Assembly: GCF_009914755.1 (NCBI RefSeq)
Contig: NC_060928.1
Strand: one strand, 5' to 3'
Length of the DNA stretch: 64,000 nt
Source of the DNA: the human T2T-CHM13v2.0 reference genome, Homo sapiens
Part shown: in pieces, positions 1-13,113 of the stretch
How positions within the stretch are numbered: position 1 is the first letter of the stretch
How the letters are laid out: every line of letters begins with the position of its first letter
The notes under the pieces: generated by a model
Databases searched by the model: none
The model's input: the letters and a program-made list of their open reading frames with translations, nothing else
Told to the model about the DNA's origin: nothing
Program-made: the position numbers and the translations under genes

Positions 1-3000
1 GTGAAAGATAGGAATCTAGTTTCATTTTTCTGCGCACATATATTCGGTTTTCCCAGCACCGTTTATTCAAGATACTCTCCTTTCTCCAATTTGTGTTTTT
101 GATAACTTGTGGAACATGAGTTGGCTGTAAGTGAGTACATTTATTTCTGGGTTGTCTGTTGTGTTCTACTGGTGTGTGTTATGCCAGTACCATGCTGTTT
201 TTGGTACATTCATCTGAAATCAGGTAGTATTAAGTCTCTAGCTTTGTCCTTTTTGCTTAGTAATGCTTTAGCTACTCAGGGTCTTTTGTGGTTCGATATA
301 AATTTTAAAAGTTTTTTCTATTTCTGACAAGAATGTCATTGATGTATTGAATTGAATCTGTAGATAACTTTGAAAAGTGTAGACATTTTGACAGTATTAA
401 TTCTTTCAGTTCATGAACATTGGCTATCCTTCCATTTTTTTGTGTCCCCTGCAATTTATTTCATAGTGTTTTTAGTTTTCCTTGTATAGATCTTTCACTT
501 ATTTAGATAGATTTATTGCTAGGTATCTTATTTTTGCAGTTATTATAAATGGGATTGCTTTCTTGATTATTTTTATTATTTTTTAGATTGATTGCTGTTA
601 GTATATAGAAACACTACTGTTTTTTGTATGTTGATTTTGTATTCTACAACTTCACTAAATTTATCAGTTCTAACATGGTTTTTTTTTTTGGTGTTTAGTT
701 ATTTTCTAAATATAAGATCTTGTCATCTGCAAACATGGATATTTTTACTTCTTCCTTCCCAATTTGGATGTCTTTTGTTTCTTTCTCTTGCATAATTCTT
801 CTGCTAGGACTTCCAGGGCCATGTTAAATAGAAGTGGTGAATGTGGGCATCTTTGCCTTGTTCTAGGTTTTAGAGAAAAGGCTTTCAATTTTTCCCTGTT
901 CAGTGTGATATTAGCTATGGGCTTGTCATTTATGACCTTTATCATGTTGAGCTATGCTCCTTCTGTAACCAACTTTTTGAAGGTTTCTAATTATAAAGAA
1001 ATACAAAATTTTATCAAATGCTTTTTTGCCATCTATTAAAATGATTATATTGTTTTTGTCCTTGATTCTACTTATATGGTATAGTATGCTTGTTGATTTT
1101 CATATGCTAAATCATCCTTATATCCCTACAATAAATCCCACTTGATCATGGTGAGTAATCTTTTTAATGTATTATTGAATTTGCTTTGCTAGTATTTTTT
1201 GAGGACTTTTGCATCTATATTCTTCAGGAATATTGGCCTATAGTCTTCTTTTTTTGTTGTGTCTTTGGTTTTGGTATCAGGGTCATTCTAGCCTTGTATA
1301 ATGAGTTTGGAAGTATTCTGTACCCATCAACTTTCTGAAATAGTTTGAGTAGAATTGGTATTAGCTCTTCTTTAAATGTCTGGTAGAATTCAACAGTGAA
1401 ACCATCAGGTCCTAGGCTTTTCTTTGATGAGAGACTTTTTCTTGTTGCTTCAATCTCATTACTCATTATTGGTCTGTTTAGGTTTTCTCTTTATTCATGG
1501 TTCAATCTTGGTAGGTTGTACATGTTCAAGAATTTATTCATTTCTTCTAGGTTTTCCAATTTGTTGGCATATAGTTATTCATAATAGTCTGTAGTGGTCC
1601 TTTGCGTTTCTGTGGTTCTAATTAGTTCTAATGTTTTCTTTTTCATATCTTATTTTATTTCTGTCTAATCTGTTTTCTCTTAGTCTGTGAGTTTGTTCAT
1701 TTTATCGCTTTAAAAAAACAGTTTTCACTTTGTTGCCCTTCTGTGTTTTTTGAGGCTCAATTTCATTTATTTCTACTCTGATCTTTATTATTTATTTTCT
1801 TCTACAATTTAGGGTTTGGTTTGTTCCTGCCTTTCTAGTTTCTTGAGGTGCATGATTAGAACATTTATGTGGAGTCTATTTTTTGATGTAGGCCATTATG
1901 GCTACAAAATTTCCTATTAGTGCCACTGTTGCTGTGTTCCATTTGTGTTTCCATTTTCATTTCTTTCAATAAATGTTTTAATTTCTTTTTAATTTTTTCA
2001 TTGACTCATTGGTCATTCAGGAGCATGTTGTTTAATTTCCATATATTTGTACCGTTTCTAAAGTATCTACTGGTATTGATTTGTAGTTTTATTCCATTGT
2101 GGTCAGAAAGATGCTTGATACAATTTTGACTCTTTTGAATTTGTTGAAACTTGTTTTGTGTCTCAAAATATGTTCTATCCTGGAGAGTGTTCCATGTGCT
2201 CATAAGAAAAATATGTATTTTACAGTACTTGCATAAAATGTTCTGTAAATGTCTGTCAGGTCTATTTAGTCTATAGCTTAATTCCAATGTTTATTTCTTA
2301 TTTACTCCCTGTATGATCTGTGCTTTACAAAAGTGAGGTGTTGATGTCTCCTACTATTATTGTATTGCATCTCTTTCCCTTTAGATCTCTTCATATGAGC
2401 TTTACATATTTGGGTGCTCTGGTGTTGGGTGTTTATATATTTACTATTGTTATATCCTTTTGCTGAATTGACACCTTTCTCATTTGTCTCTTTTTAAAGT
2501 TTTCAGTTAAGTCTACTTTTTGTGATATAAATATAGCTACTCCTGCTCTTTTTTGGTTTCCATTTTCATGGAATATCTTTTTCCCATTTCTTTCAGTTAA
2601 TGTGTGTCTTTATAGGTGAAATGAGTTTCATGTAGTTAGCATATAATTGGGTCCTGCTTTTTATCCATTTAGCCATTCTATGTCTTTTAATTGGTGAATT
2701 GAGTACATTTACATTCAATGTTATGATTGATAAATAAGGTCTTACTACTGCCATTTTGTTACTTATTTACTTGTTGTTTTACAACTACTGTCTTTCTTTC
2801 TTAATGTTTTTCTCCGTGTGAAGTGATTTTATCTGATAATATTTTTTAATTCATTGCTTTTTATTTTTAGTATATCTGTTATAGGTTTTTGCTTTGTGGC
2901 TACCATGAGGCTTACCAGAATATTCTTTAATTATAATAAACACTCAAAACTGATAACAGCTTAACTTCTGTCACACACAAAAAAGAAAAGAGCCAAAATA

Positions 3001-5558
3001 AAACCTGTAGAGATTAACTCCCCCTCCCCCACATTTTGAATTTTTGATGTCACAATTTAATTTTTATACTGCCAATCTCTTGACAGAGTAGTTATCATTT
3101 TTAATAGTTTTGTCATCTTCTTACTAAATATATAAGATGTTTCAACACTACAATTATAAAATTAGTATAACAATTATGTTAGCATTCTTTTCTTTCAGTT
3201 TGAAGAATTTCCTTTAGCATTTCTTATAGGACATATCTGGTAGCAATAAATTCCTTCTGCTTTTGTTTGTCTGGGAAAGTCTATTTCTCCTTTATTTTGA
3301 AAGATAAGTTTGCTGGGTACAGCATTCTTGGTTGGCAATGTTTTTACTTCAGCACTTTGAATATATTGTCCCACTCACTCTGGGCCTTTAAAGTTTCTGT
3401 TCAGAAATCTGCTATCTATAAGATATATTGGATCTCCCTTATAAGTTACTGGCTTCTTTTATCTCACTGCTTTCAGATTCCTTTTTTGTATTTAACTTTT
3501 GCAAGTTTAATTATAATATGTCTTGGAGTATTCTCATTTAGGTTGAATCTGATTGGAGACATTTACCTTCCTATACCTAAATATTTACATTTTTTCCAGG
3601 TTTGGAACATTTTCTGTTTTTATTTTTCTGAGTAATCTTTCTACCCTTTTGTCTTCTCAATTCTCTATTTCACTCCAATAACCTGAATACTTTCTCTTTT
3701 CTTGTTGCCACATAGATCCCATAAAATTTGTCATTTCTTTTCATTCTTTTTTCCCCCACTGTCTGTGTAATTTCAAATATTCTGTCTTTGAATTCACTAA
3801 TCTTTGAATTCACTGATTCTTTCTCCTGCCTGCTGAATTCTGCTGTTGGTGCCTTCTGTGGCATTTTTCATTTCATTCATTGTATATTTTGGGTCCAGGA
3901 TTTCTGTTTGATTTTCTTTAAAATTATTTTAATCTCTCTGTTAAATTTCCCTGAAAGATTTATGAATTGATTCTCTGTGTTTTAATGAAGTTCATTGAGT
4001 TTCTTTAAAGCAGCTCTTTTGAATTCTTTGAGAGATCATACATCTCCACCTTTTTATAGTCAGTCTCTGGTGTCTTATCTTATCCATTTGGTGAGGTCAT
4101 ATTTTCCTGAATATTCTTGATGCTTGTAGAAGTGTGATAATGCCTGCATATTGAGGGATTAAGTACATACTTTAGTCTTCACAGTCTGGCTTTGTTTGAG
4201 CCTGTCCTTCAGAAGGCCTTCCAAGGATTCTAAGCCAATTGGCTATTAAGTTCCCAGAGCCTGTGACCACTGCAATCATCTCAGCACTAGAGGATGTTCT
4301 ACGTCCAGGCTTTCTGCAAGGGCTCTGAGGCTAACATGGCTTTCCAGCCCAGATAGACCTGGAGGAGGCCCAAGGAGTATACCGGGGTTGTGTGGGAATG
4401 CTGACAAGGGAACTGAGTCCAGAAAAGTGTCCCAGTAGCCCAGATGGGCATGCCCCTCAGTAGATCTTTGTATAGGTGGAATGAGTCCCCAACTACATTG
4501 ACAGGAGATTGAGTTGAGACTGGGTGCCTTTGGAATTTTCTGTGAGAAGAAAGCTGATGGGCCTATCTCATTAGCTCAGATGGGTGTGCATGACCCATCA
4601 AATTCTTGCACAAGTAGGGTAGTTCTTCAACTGCAAGAGGAGGGGCTGGAGCTAAGACTAGGCCCTCTCAGGATCTACTCTGGAACAGAAGCTGGAGAGC
4701 CAGTCTTGTTGACTCAGAGGACATGCTTCCCCCAGGAGGACCTTACACATCTGAAATAGTTCCCTGACTGCAGCAAGAGGATCTGGAGCTGAGACTGGGT
4801 GCTCTCAGGATCTCCTGTGTGATGAAGTCTTGATATGCTGGTTCTGTTGGCTCAGAGGTGTGTCTGTCACCCAGGAAGATACTGTATACATGGGATAATG
4901 AGTGCAGCAGAAGGGGCTAGAGCTGAACTTCTCACTTTCAGAATCTGCTGTGTGGGACAGAGGCTGAAGAGCCCATCTCATTGGCCCAGACAGGTATGTA
5001 TCTCCAGCAGTTCTCAGTACAGATGGGATAGATCCCCAACTGCAGTGAGAGGGACCATAGCTGAGACTGGACTTCCTCAGGATTGCTGTGGGATGGAGTT
5101 TTGCAAGCCCATGAGGGAGGCTCAGGCTGCCAGACTGTGAGATTTGTGCACATCTCTCTCTGGGTCTTTGTGCAAACAGTTATGAGCTGGGACATTAACT
5201 GAGGAATGCTGGAGCAGCACAGTAGGGGAACTTTCAGGTACACTTCAAGACCAATGTTAGCAGGCAGACAAGCCTTTCCACCAATGCACTGGGAGGAGTA
5301 GCCAAGCCCCTTGGGAGACTTGGCCATTTCCAGGCTTGAACCCAGAAGCAAGTTTGGAGGGTAGATCAGCCACCTGAGTGTCTGTTTGCACTCTCAAAAT
5401 AACCCTTTTAGGTTTTGGCTCCACTGGGGTTTCGCAGACCTGAACCCTAAGGCTCCCACAGAGAGACTTTTCAGTGTGGATGGGTGCAGCATTCTTGTTG
5501 TGGGGGAATATGAGCAGGTTACCTTCTATTCTGACATCTTAGTGATATCACTTCCCCT
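1..5558 (-). mobile_element. Old LINE-1 (L1M/L1MA-type): 5'UTR, ORF1 and most of ORF2, degraded; continues beyond window start
   Basis: Minus-strand ORF fragments are L1 ORF2-like (1224-1466 [29 protein letters not shown]; 745-945 KPIANITLNREKLKAF; 2006-2287 LSDHNGIKL...WKLNNMLLNDQ). ORF1-like sequence lies at ~3200-4150. The 5' end reads GAAGTGATATCACTAAGATGTCAGAATAG on the minus strand near 5555, resembling old L1 5' termini. Confidence 0.9.
4511..5190 (-). repeat. Tandem array of ~137-bp diverged monomers in the L1 5'UTR
   Basis: A GAGCTGAGACTGG-like anchor recurs at 4511, 4649, 4786, 4920 and 5058 (spacings 138, 137, 134, 138), each followed by similar CTCAGGATCT...GGCTCAGA motifs. Confidence 0.8.
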
Positions 5559-5690
5559 CAATTTTTATATATGTAAAATATAGTTAATAGTATTACTTAG
5601 TTCATAAAATAGTTGTAATGATTAAATGAGTTAATATATACACAAAACAGTATGATACATCACAATCATTTAATATATGTTATTATTTTA
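5559..5690 (+). mobile_element. MIR SINE 3' fragment (likely interrupted by the L1)
   Basis: TGTAAAAT...GTTGTAATGATTAAATGAGTTAATATAT matches the MIR core and 3' part. Confidence 0.6.
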
Positions 5691-6920
5691 AATAGTTTCA
5701 TTATAAAATTTTAGTCATAATATTCCAAAAAATACTTAAAGTGATGTTAGGATTGTAAGGTGATGAGTGGTTGGTAATTATATTATGTCAAAGGTGACAG
5801 CAGACAAATTGAAATGGTAGAAGTTGTGGTATTGGCAGAGATGGCTATTATTGTGACAGTGGTGGACTGTGGGTCTATGGAATTTTTCTGTGAAAAAAAT
5901 CAGAGTTTGAGAGCATAAGATTGCTTGGAAACAGCCTCATAATGTGAGACCAGTTACACTTAATTCCAATTCCTACCTTCATTTCAGTGACAGGTGCTCT
6001 TTGGAAGACTACAGTAAACATCACCTACCATGTTGAGCAAATTCCTTCCTTTAATTCTTCAAGAAAACATTAAATATGCTGGCTTCAGAGCTATGAGTAG
6101 CATCAGTCAATGGAAGGAAATGTACCCATTTTCTGGCATGGAGCAGTAGCGATAGTTGTCTCTCCCTCAACCCAATTTATACAAAAAGGGATGGATCAAG
6201 GGATGCAGTGGAGTCATAATTGAATAAAATCTGAGAAAAATTGTACTGGATTTATCATTGGCACTGACCTAACATTGACTAATGAAATTAACCCCTGTTG
6301 ATCTTTTGAAGCAGATTTCTACCAAGAAAGTGGCAGCACTTGGGTTACAGAAATAAAGCATCCTTCACAAGTGTCAGTTACTAGTGAAAGCACAAATCAA
6401 AACCATCAGCTATTATATTTGAAATGTAAAAGAAAACAATTTACAGGCCAAGTATATAAGAAACATATTGAATGTGGGAGGAAAGGAAGTAAAGATTACT
6501 TATGGAAAGAAGCATCATACCTTACAGAAGGCAACCATCTGGAAATTGCATTTTGAGTATCTGAAACAGAACTATGGAGCTGAAAAAAAAAAAGAGTAAT
6601 CAGGTGTGTGATAAAGACATTAAGTAATGTTTCTCTGACAACAGAACATCAGAACAAGTCAATTTCCTCTTTCCCCTCAAGAAATATTTCAGGAAACAGA
6701 ATTTCTACTCTTCTGTCTTTCTCGGCTTCTGAATATAATTAGCAAAGAGTGCAAGAGTAGAAACCACATTCTTCTAATGCAGATGACTGGAAAGGCCTGC
6801 AGGTCAAGTGGAAGAACAACTCAGAGCTTCCCTGGCAACCACATATTAATAACTTCCTTTTGTTTAAACAATATTGGACATTTCTCATGAAGAGGATTTC
6901 AAAAGTATGTCTCTTGTTCT

Positions 6921-7206
6921 TTTTTTTTTTTTTTTTTGAGATTGAGTCTTGCTCTGTCGCCCAGGCTGGAGTGCAGTGCTGCGATCTCAGCTCACTGCAA
7001 GCTCTGCCTCCTGGGTTCATGCCATTCTCCTGCCTCAGCCTCCTGAGTAGCTGTGACTACAGGCACCCGCCACCACACCCGGCTAATTTTTTATATTTTT
7101 AGTAGAGACGGGGTTTCACCATGTTAGCCAGGATGGTCTCAATCTCCTGACCTCGTGATCCGCCCACCTTGGCCTCCCAAAGTGCTGGGATTATGGACAT
7201 GAGCCA
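6921..7206 (-). mobile_element. AluY-like SINE, slightly 5'-truncated
   Basis: Poly-T followed by Alu antisense with Y-type features (GCAAGCTC, TTAGCCAGGATGG). TSD GTCTCTTGTTCTTT at 6909-6922 and 7207-7220. Confidence 0.95.
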
Positions 7207-8914
7207 GTCTCTTGTTCTTTAGAGAAGATCATGAAGTCCTTGATCCTTTGAGGGAAAACAGTACAGTACAGGTTGTTGACACAACATTTAATAAATGAGG
7301 AAAATAAGCTCCCTGAAGCATAGGCAATCATTGACTTTTAGTGGCAGAACCAGGACTAAAACACCGCTTTCCTGATTTCTATCTAATGTATAATTTTTTT
7401 CTTAAGGCATATCTGAAAGCAAGCAGTTCCTCTAGGTCCTTCATATCTGATTATAAACTCAGATCTGCAGTCTCGGATTTCCAAACTCAAATGTAACCAT
7501 CTCAATCTTTGCTAGTAAATGCAATTGTAACATTATAGCATCCAAAAGATAGGTGTACTTGAAAGACACAGTTATGTAAATGTAAGTGTCTGAGCACTTA
7601 GTTGCAAGGATCCATTCCCCATGTGATTAATTTATTCAGCAGTTATTTGTTGAGAGCCTTCTATATTATAGATACCATTGTGCTGGATACTTGAAATGAT
7701 CTCATCAAAAATATATTAAGAAAACATTTCAAGTTTTACTCCTATGAGTAAGATATCCACCCTCCTGTAAGAGAAACTGATCCTAAAAGAAGATGAATGG
7801 ATTGAGAGAGAGAGAGAGAAGAGGAGAGTGGGGGTGTGGAAAGAAAAGTCTACCTCAGGTGAGAACTGTTCTTTGCACAATTTCAAACTTGAGAACTCTG
7901 ACCAATAAGCACACTAAAAATGGTGGAATGCCTACATGACACTGTAATGAACCCAAGACAAACCAAAATGCCATATTGAAAATAAACATTCATCATTTAG
8001 ATTGCCTCTGGAAGACTGATGGGACTGACTGGCATTGCCTTACCCAAAGAGTAATAACAAAATCTTATATATTTCACTCCCTTATCAGGGTTCATAAAAG
8101 GAATACAAAGTAAGTAAATGCAAATTTTACAATCACCCAAAGATCTAATATTCATAAGAGAACTAACGAAGCACAGCTCCAAGGTAGTTTTTTTTTTCTT
8201 CCTCAATTGCACTCCTCTGCACTATGAAAGGGCAACCCAGCAACTTGTCCTCCCTAAACCTCTCGCAGTCAAATCTCTGCTATCACAAAAGAGATGGACT
8301 TGAAATTCAGTGGAAAAATACCTGCCTTGGATAAGTTTCTAATTAGATTTTCTAGATGCTGCCAGGAACCAGTGATGTAATGTGCATGATGATATTCTGG
8401 AAGACAAAAGTGCTGGCTCCCTGTCTGAGGGTTCTCTAGACTGTCAGGCTACAGCCCACAGGGCTGAGGACACCTAGAGTCCCCCCACCATGCACTGGCC
8501 CCATTAATTCTGGTGCTGATTTCTGCCTGAGGCAGGAGGCAGGATGGAATACATAAAAAGGAAAAGAGTTAATAACATCACTTGAATCAAAGTGATATGG
8601 AAAATAAGCTGTGGAGGTTGCAGTCAGGTATGATAAAAAAAGAATCTATCAAATCATTTGATATTTTTGCTATACTTTAGAAATAAAATTCCACTTTTAT
8701 TCAAAATCCCAATGGAATCAATTCCCAGAAAATTCCACCGGGATTTTCTTCATTCCACAGCATTTATTTGATCAACAAATCTGCCTTAATCAACTACTGT
8801 GTCCCTGGTGCTATATTAAGAGTGAATGTTGTAGAGGTGGGATTGGAATAATCCTCAAGGAGACAAAAAACATAAGAAAAAAAGTAACAAGGAACTGAGT
8901 ATAATACTAATGAG

Positions 8915-9338
8915 AGTATCAAAGACCAGAATCTTGGTGCAAATAGCTTATTTAGATGATTCCAGAATGTGCTAAGATGAAGTGGAATAGCAAGATGGGA
9001 AAGGGAGGAAAGCCAATAGGTGTGTTATTGAGCAAGTCTCTAAAATGAGTAATGAGCTCAATCTACTGGAGACCCTCTGAGAGGAAGTGGAACACACCTG
9101 AAGATTATCCCATTGCATGATAAACGAGTTCACTATTTATCAACTCCTATGCCCCATATGTTGCAGGTAGCTCCTGGGACATTAATCCCCATACACTTCC
9201 AACCCAACCCTGTGTATGGACCAGAGAGGCACCCAGCTGGGAGGACAGCCTCAGACAAAAATTTGCAGGAAGTGCAACGGAAGTGAATCCCGAGCTATGT
9301 CGAGAGACATGGGCAGAGCAGTGACATTGTCTACTCCA
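8915..9338 (-). mobile_element. ERVL LTR, LTR16-like
   Basis: GGGAAAGGGAGGAAAGCCAATAGGTGTGTTATTGAGC...GAGCTCAATCTACTGGAGACCCTCTGAGAG...ATGGGCAGAGCAGTGACA resembles the LTR16 consensus in antisense. Confidence 0.6.
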
Positions 9339-9444
9339 GAGTGATGCAGAGGATTCGTGGTATCAGTGCTTAGGGGAGGGAGATATTGTCATAGGCAAAG
9401 GAAATCAGGGCAAGCTTTCATCTGGTCCTTTAAGGATACAAAAG

Positions 9445-9717
<273 letters not shown>

Positions 9718-10199
9718 AGATATAAAGGTTTTGGATATTAGAAGTGGTGAACCTCTTTTTTGTTCATGATGCCCTTTCTAATATTGGAGTTTTTCACCAA
9801 CAAACTTGAAGGGCTTAAAAAGTAAACACTATTTGTTATTTAAAGCAAGTTTCAGAAAAGGAAAACATAAACCTTGTACAGTTATCACCTAATTCCTCAC
9901 TCACACCTCAGTGTGATACTGCTGCCAGAGGAGACTTGTTACTGTCTTGACCAGGTTCTCATAAGGTTCTTGAACATTCTGCCAAATCTGTCCCCTTTTG
10001 TTGATGTTGACTTAAGTGATGTACTGTGTGTTAGCAGAAACTTTCATTATGGTCAAAATCACATGTATACTTACTGGAAATAAAAATGATGGTTGTACAT
10101 TGATGGAAAGTTGGTGCTAGAATGCCGTGGCACACTGCTCACAGATCTATAGACGTAGGAAATGCAGAGATGCATTTCAGATAGATGGGATGCCATTTT

Positions 10200-10510
10200 A
10201 GGGGCAGGAATGACAAGACCTGCTTAGAAAATGCTGAATAAGCCAGTCTGACAGGAGCGGAGGGCCCACAGTGAAGAGGAGTGGGAGTTAAGGCTGCAAA
10301 AGGAAGTCACAGAGCCAGACTCTGGAAGTTCCTGAACATCAGGGGAGCACTGACACTTCATTCTGCCAGTGTTAGGGAGACACTGATGGCATTGCATGAT
10401 GGCAAAGCTCTTTGAAGATGGAGGTTAATGAAGCATGTATGAGACATTGGGATGCCAAAAAGCTGAAGGCAGGGAGACCAATTATGAGGTCATTTACTAC
10501 TTCAGGCATA
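10200..10510 (-). mobile_element. L2 LINE fragment
   Basis: Purine-rich antisense L2-like sequence (AGCCAGTCTGACAGGAGC...GGCAGGGAGACCAATTATGAGGTCATT). Confidence 0.5.
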
Positions 10511-10702
10511 AATTTTAAGAGCTTATAAATATTTCACAATTAATAATCAAGTGCATACAGTTCAATAGGTTTTACAAAAAGGAGCCCAGTTGAGAAAGGA
10601 AGTGGAGAAAAGAGCAACTTTATCTAATTTGTCCACCCAGAAGGGGCACCTTTTTCTAATTATAGCAAAGGAAAGCATGGGCTAGCATGTTTGTATTAAA
10701 AT

Positions 10703-10745
10703 ACATACACACACACACACACATACACACACAGAGAGAGAGAGA
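10703..10745. repeat. (CA)n(GA)n compound microsatellite
   Basis: Read directly from the sequence. Confidence 0.95.
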
Positions 10746-11774
10746 AATATACAGGCACAAAGATGTGTTTGGACAAGGTAGGTAGCAGTGAAAGGGGGAA
10801 AAGTCAGATGGAAGAAACATTTAAATTGGCATTGATGATACCTGCCCCACAGCAATATGGTAAAGACATCAAAGTTAGATGACATTCTATCATTCATGGT
10901 TTAATAAACCCTATTTAATTTTTTAAAAAGTGGTAGGACAGAGTCATCAAGGTTTTAAAATATTCTTGTTAATAATGTTACTGAACCTATAAAACTTGTA
11001 TAATCTCTAACTTGCAGAGCCTTGACCATAAGAAAACATGACTGACCATAAAATAAAGCAGAGAGAGATTTATTCCTTCTTTGGTAATTCAGAAAGCCTC
11101 AAAACCTTGCAGAGCTTCAGGTGATTGATGGGAATATCAACAATTACTGTATAGCTCTATGAAAAAAGAGCTCAGCATTTTATTATTTCTGGTTGTTTTA
11201 ATGCCCTCATGCTTAAATTTACTTTTTTTCAAATGTGAAAATGCACACAAACACACACAGAGAGCCAAACCTGTATATATTCCTCTTGGTGCTCTTTATG
11301 ACTGTTTTCATTTGTGACCTTTGCAAACAGCTTACTCAACCAAAATTAGATCAGAATGAAATCTGAAGGATGCCTTATCCTTTATTCTTTTAAATTAGCT
11401 AGGAACTAACTCTTCAATATTTACGACCACTCACTGAAAATACATCATTGTTCCACTGGTAAAATAAGGTTGCCTTGAGCAGAGTTGTAAGAAATCTGAT
11501 CTGAAAATCCAAGTTAATAATCTTCACAATTCTAACAGGGCAATGTTGTAAATGAAACCAAAGTTAATAGGTACAGCAAAAAAGAATGATGACCTCTGTG
11601 GATTCCAATTAGAATAAGATATCAAAGAGGAGAGATGAAGGCTCTGGCTACAGTTATGGGTTGTAGTTATGGCTCATGCCATGAATAATAAACAAAGTTG
11701 AAAAGTTAAATAGAAACAAAATATTCCCCTCTTACTTATTCTTTAAGATCTTTATTATCTGAAGTATTATGTTA

Positions 11775-11982
11775 ATAGTGGCAGAGCATGAGTGTTAAAG
11801 ATCTATAGACTCAAATATCAGCTCTGTCACTTACTAACCAATGATTTGGTCAAGTTACTTAATGTCTGTGAGCTTCTAACTCTCTTGTCTGAAAAATAGA
11901 TCTGATGCAATCTAATTTATAGGATGTGTAAAAATGCCCAACATGGACTTGCTTACATAGTAGGTATTCAAGTGCTCAATTG
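11775..11982 (+). mobile_element. MIR SINE
   Basis: CAGCTCTGTCACTTACTAAC...GGTCAAGTTACTTAA core, ending ACATAGTAGGTATTCAA. Confidence 0.7.
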
Positions 11983-12169
11983 CTCCATTTCTTCTTCCTC
12001 TCCTTTTTTCTTAGATATAAGATAACCTTGAAGAGTGCCAGTGTATTCTGAAATGTGAACAAACCAAACAATCCTCCAAGAGTGGCTGTAAACTTCATCA
12101 ATATAAGTTCTGTCTTTTAAGTAGCTGTTTCCTTGGTAAGAACTGAAATGTGAAGTGAAGAGCTCCACG

Positions 12170-12428
12170 GGGCAGTGTGATCTAATATATGAGACTGCGG
12201 ACCCTAAGGTTGAGCTGCCTGAGTTCAAGTCCTGGCTCTATCTCTTTCCTTGTTCTTGAAAATGTTACAACCCTGAAAACTGTTTCTTGGTCCTTTACTG
12301 CTTCAGTTTTTTATCTGCAAAATGGAGAATAATTTAAAAAAATTTCTCTTTGAGTTGTGAAAATTAAATAATCTAATCTATGAAAGGAATTGAAAACAGT
12401 GCTTTATACATGGCAACCACTCAATTGA
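12170..12428 (+). mobile_element. MIR SINE
   Basis: GCTGCCTGAGTTCAAGTCCTGGCTCT...CTTCAGTTTTTTATCTGCAAAATGGAGAATAAT...GTTGTGAAAATTAAATAA. Confidence 0.7.
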
Positions 12429-12638
12429 GTAAAGGCCAGTATCTTAAAATTTCAACCCTAAAAAACAGAGATTCAGGGTGATTTTTCACAATAGAGGAGT
12501 ACAATTTCATTACTAAGGGATTTTTCACCAGGAATCCTTCAGAAAGTGACTCTATCTCCAGCTTGTTAACTGGAAAGATAGCTATGGTGGCAGCAGTGTG
12601 CTCAGTAGAGATCCAAGCCATCTGTGAACATTTATTAA

Positions 12639-12938
<300 letters not shown>

Positions 12939-13113
12939 CCATTAATTTTTGTACTCACCATGCACAAGGCCCTGTGATAAAAATCGCAGCTCCCAAATCA
13001 CTAACTGCAAAATTCCCACCAAAAATCTCGAGTAGCATGTTGGATTTCACATATATATTTACATAGATTTTACATATATATTCACAGTAGATGCTTTCTT
13101 TACACTTCATTTC

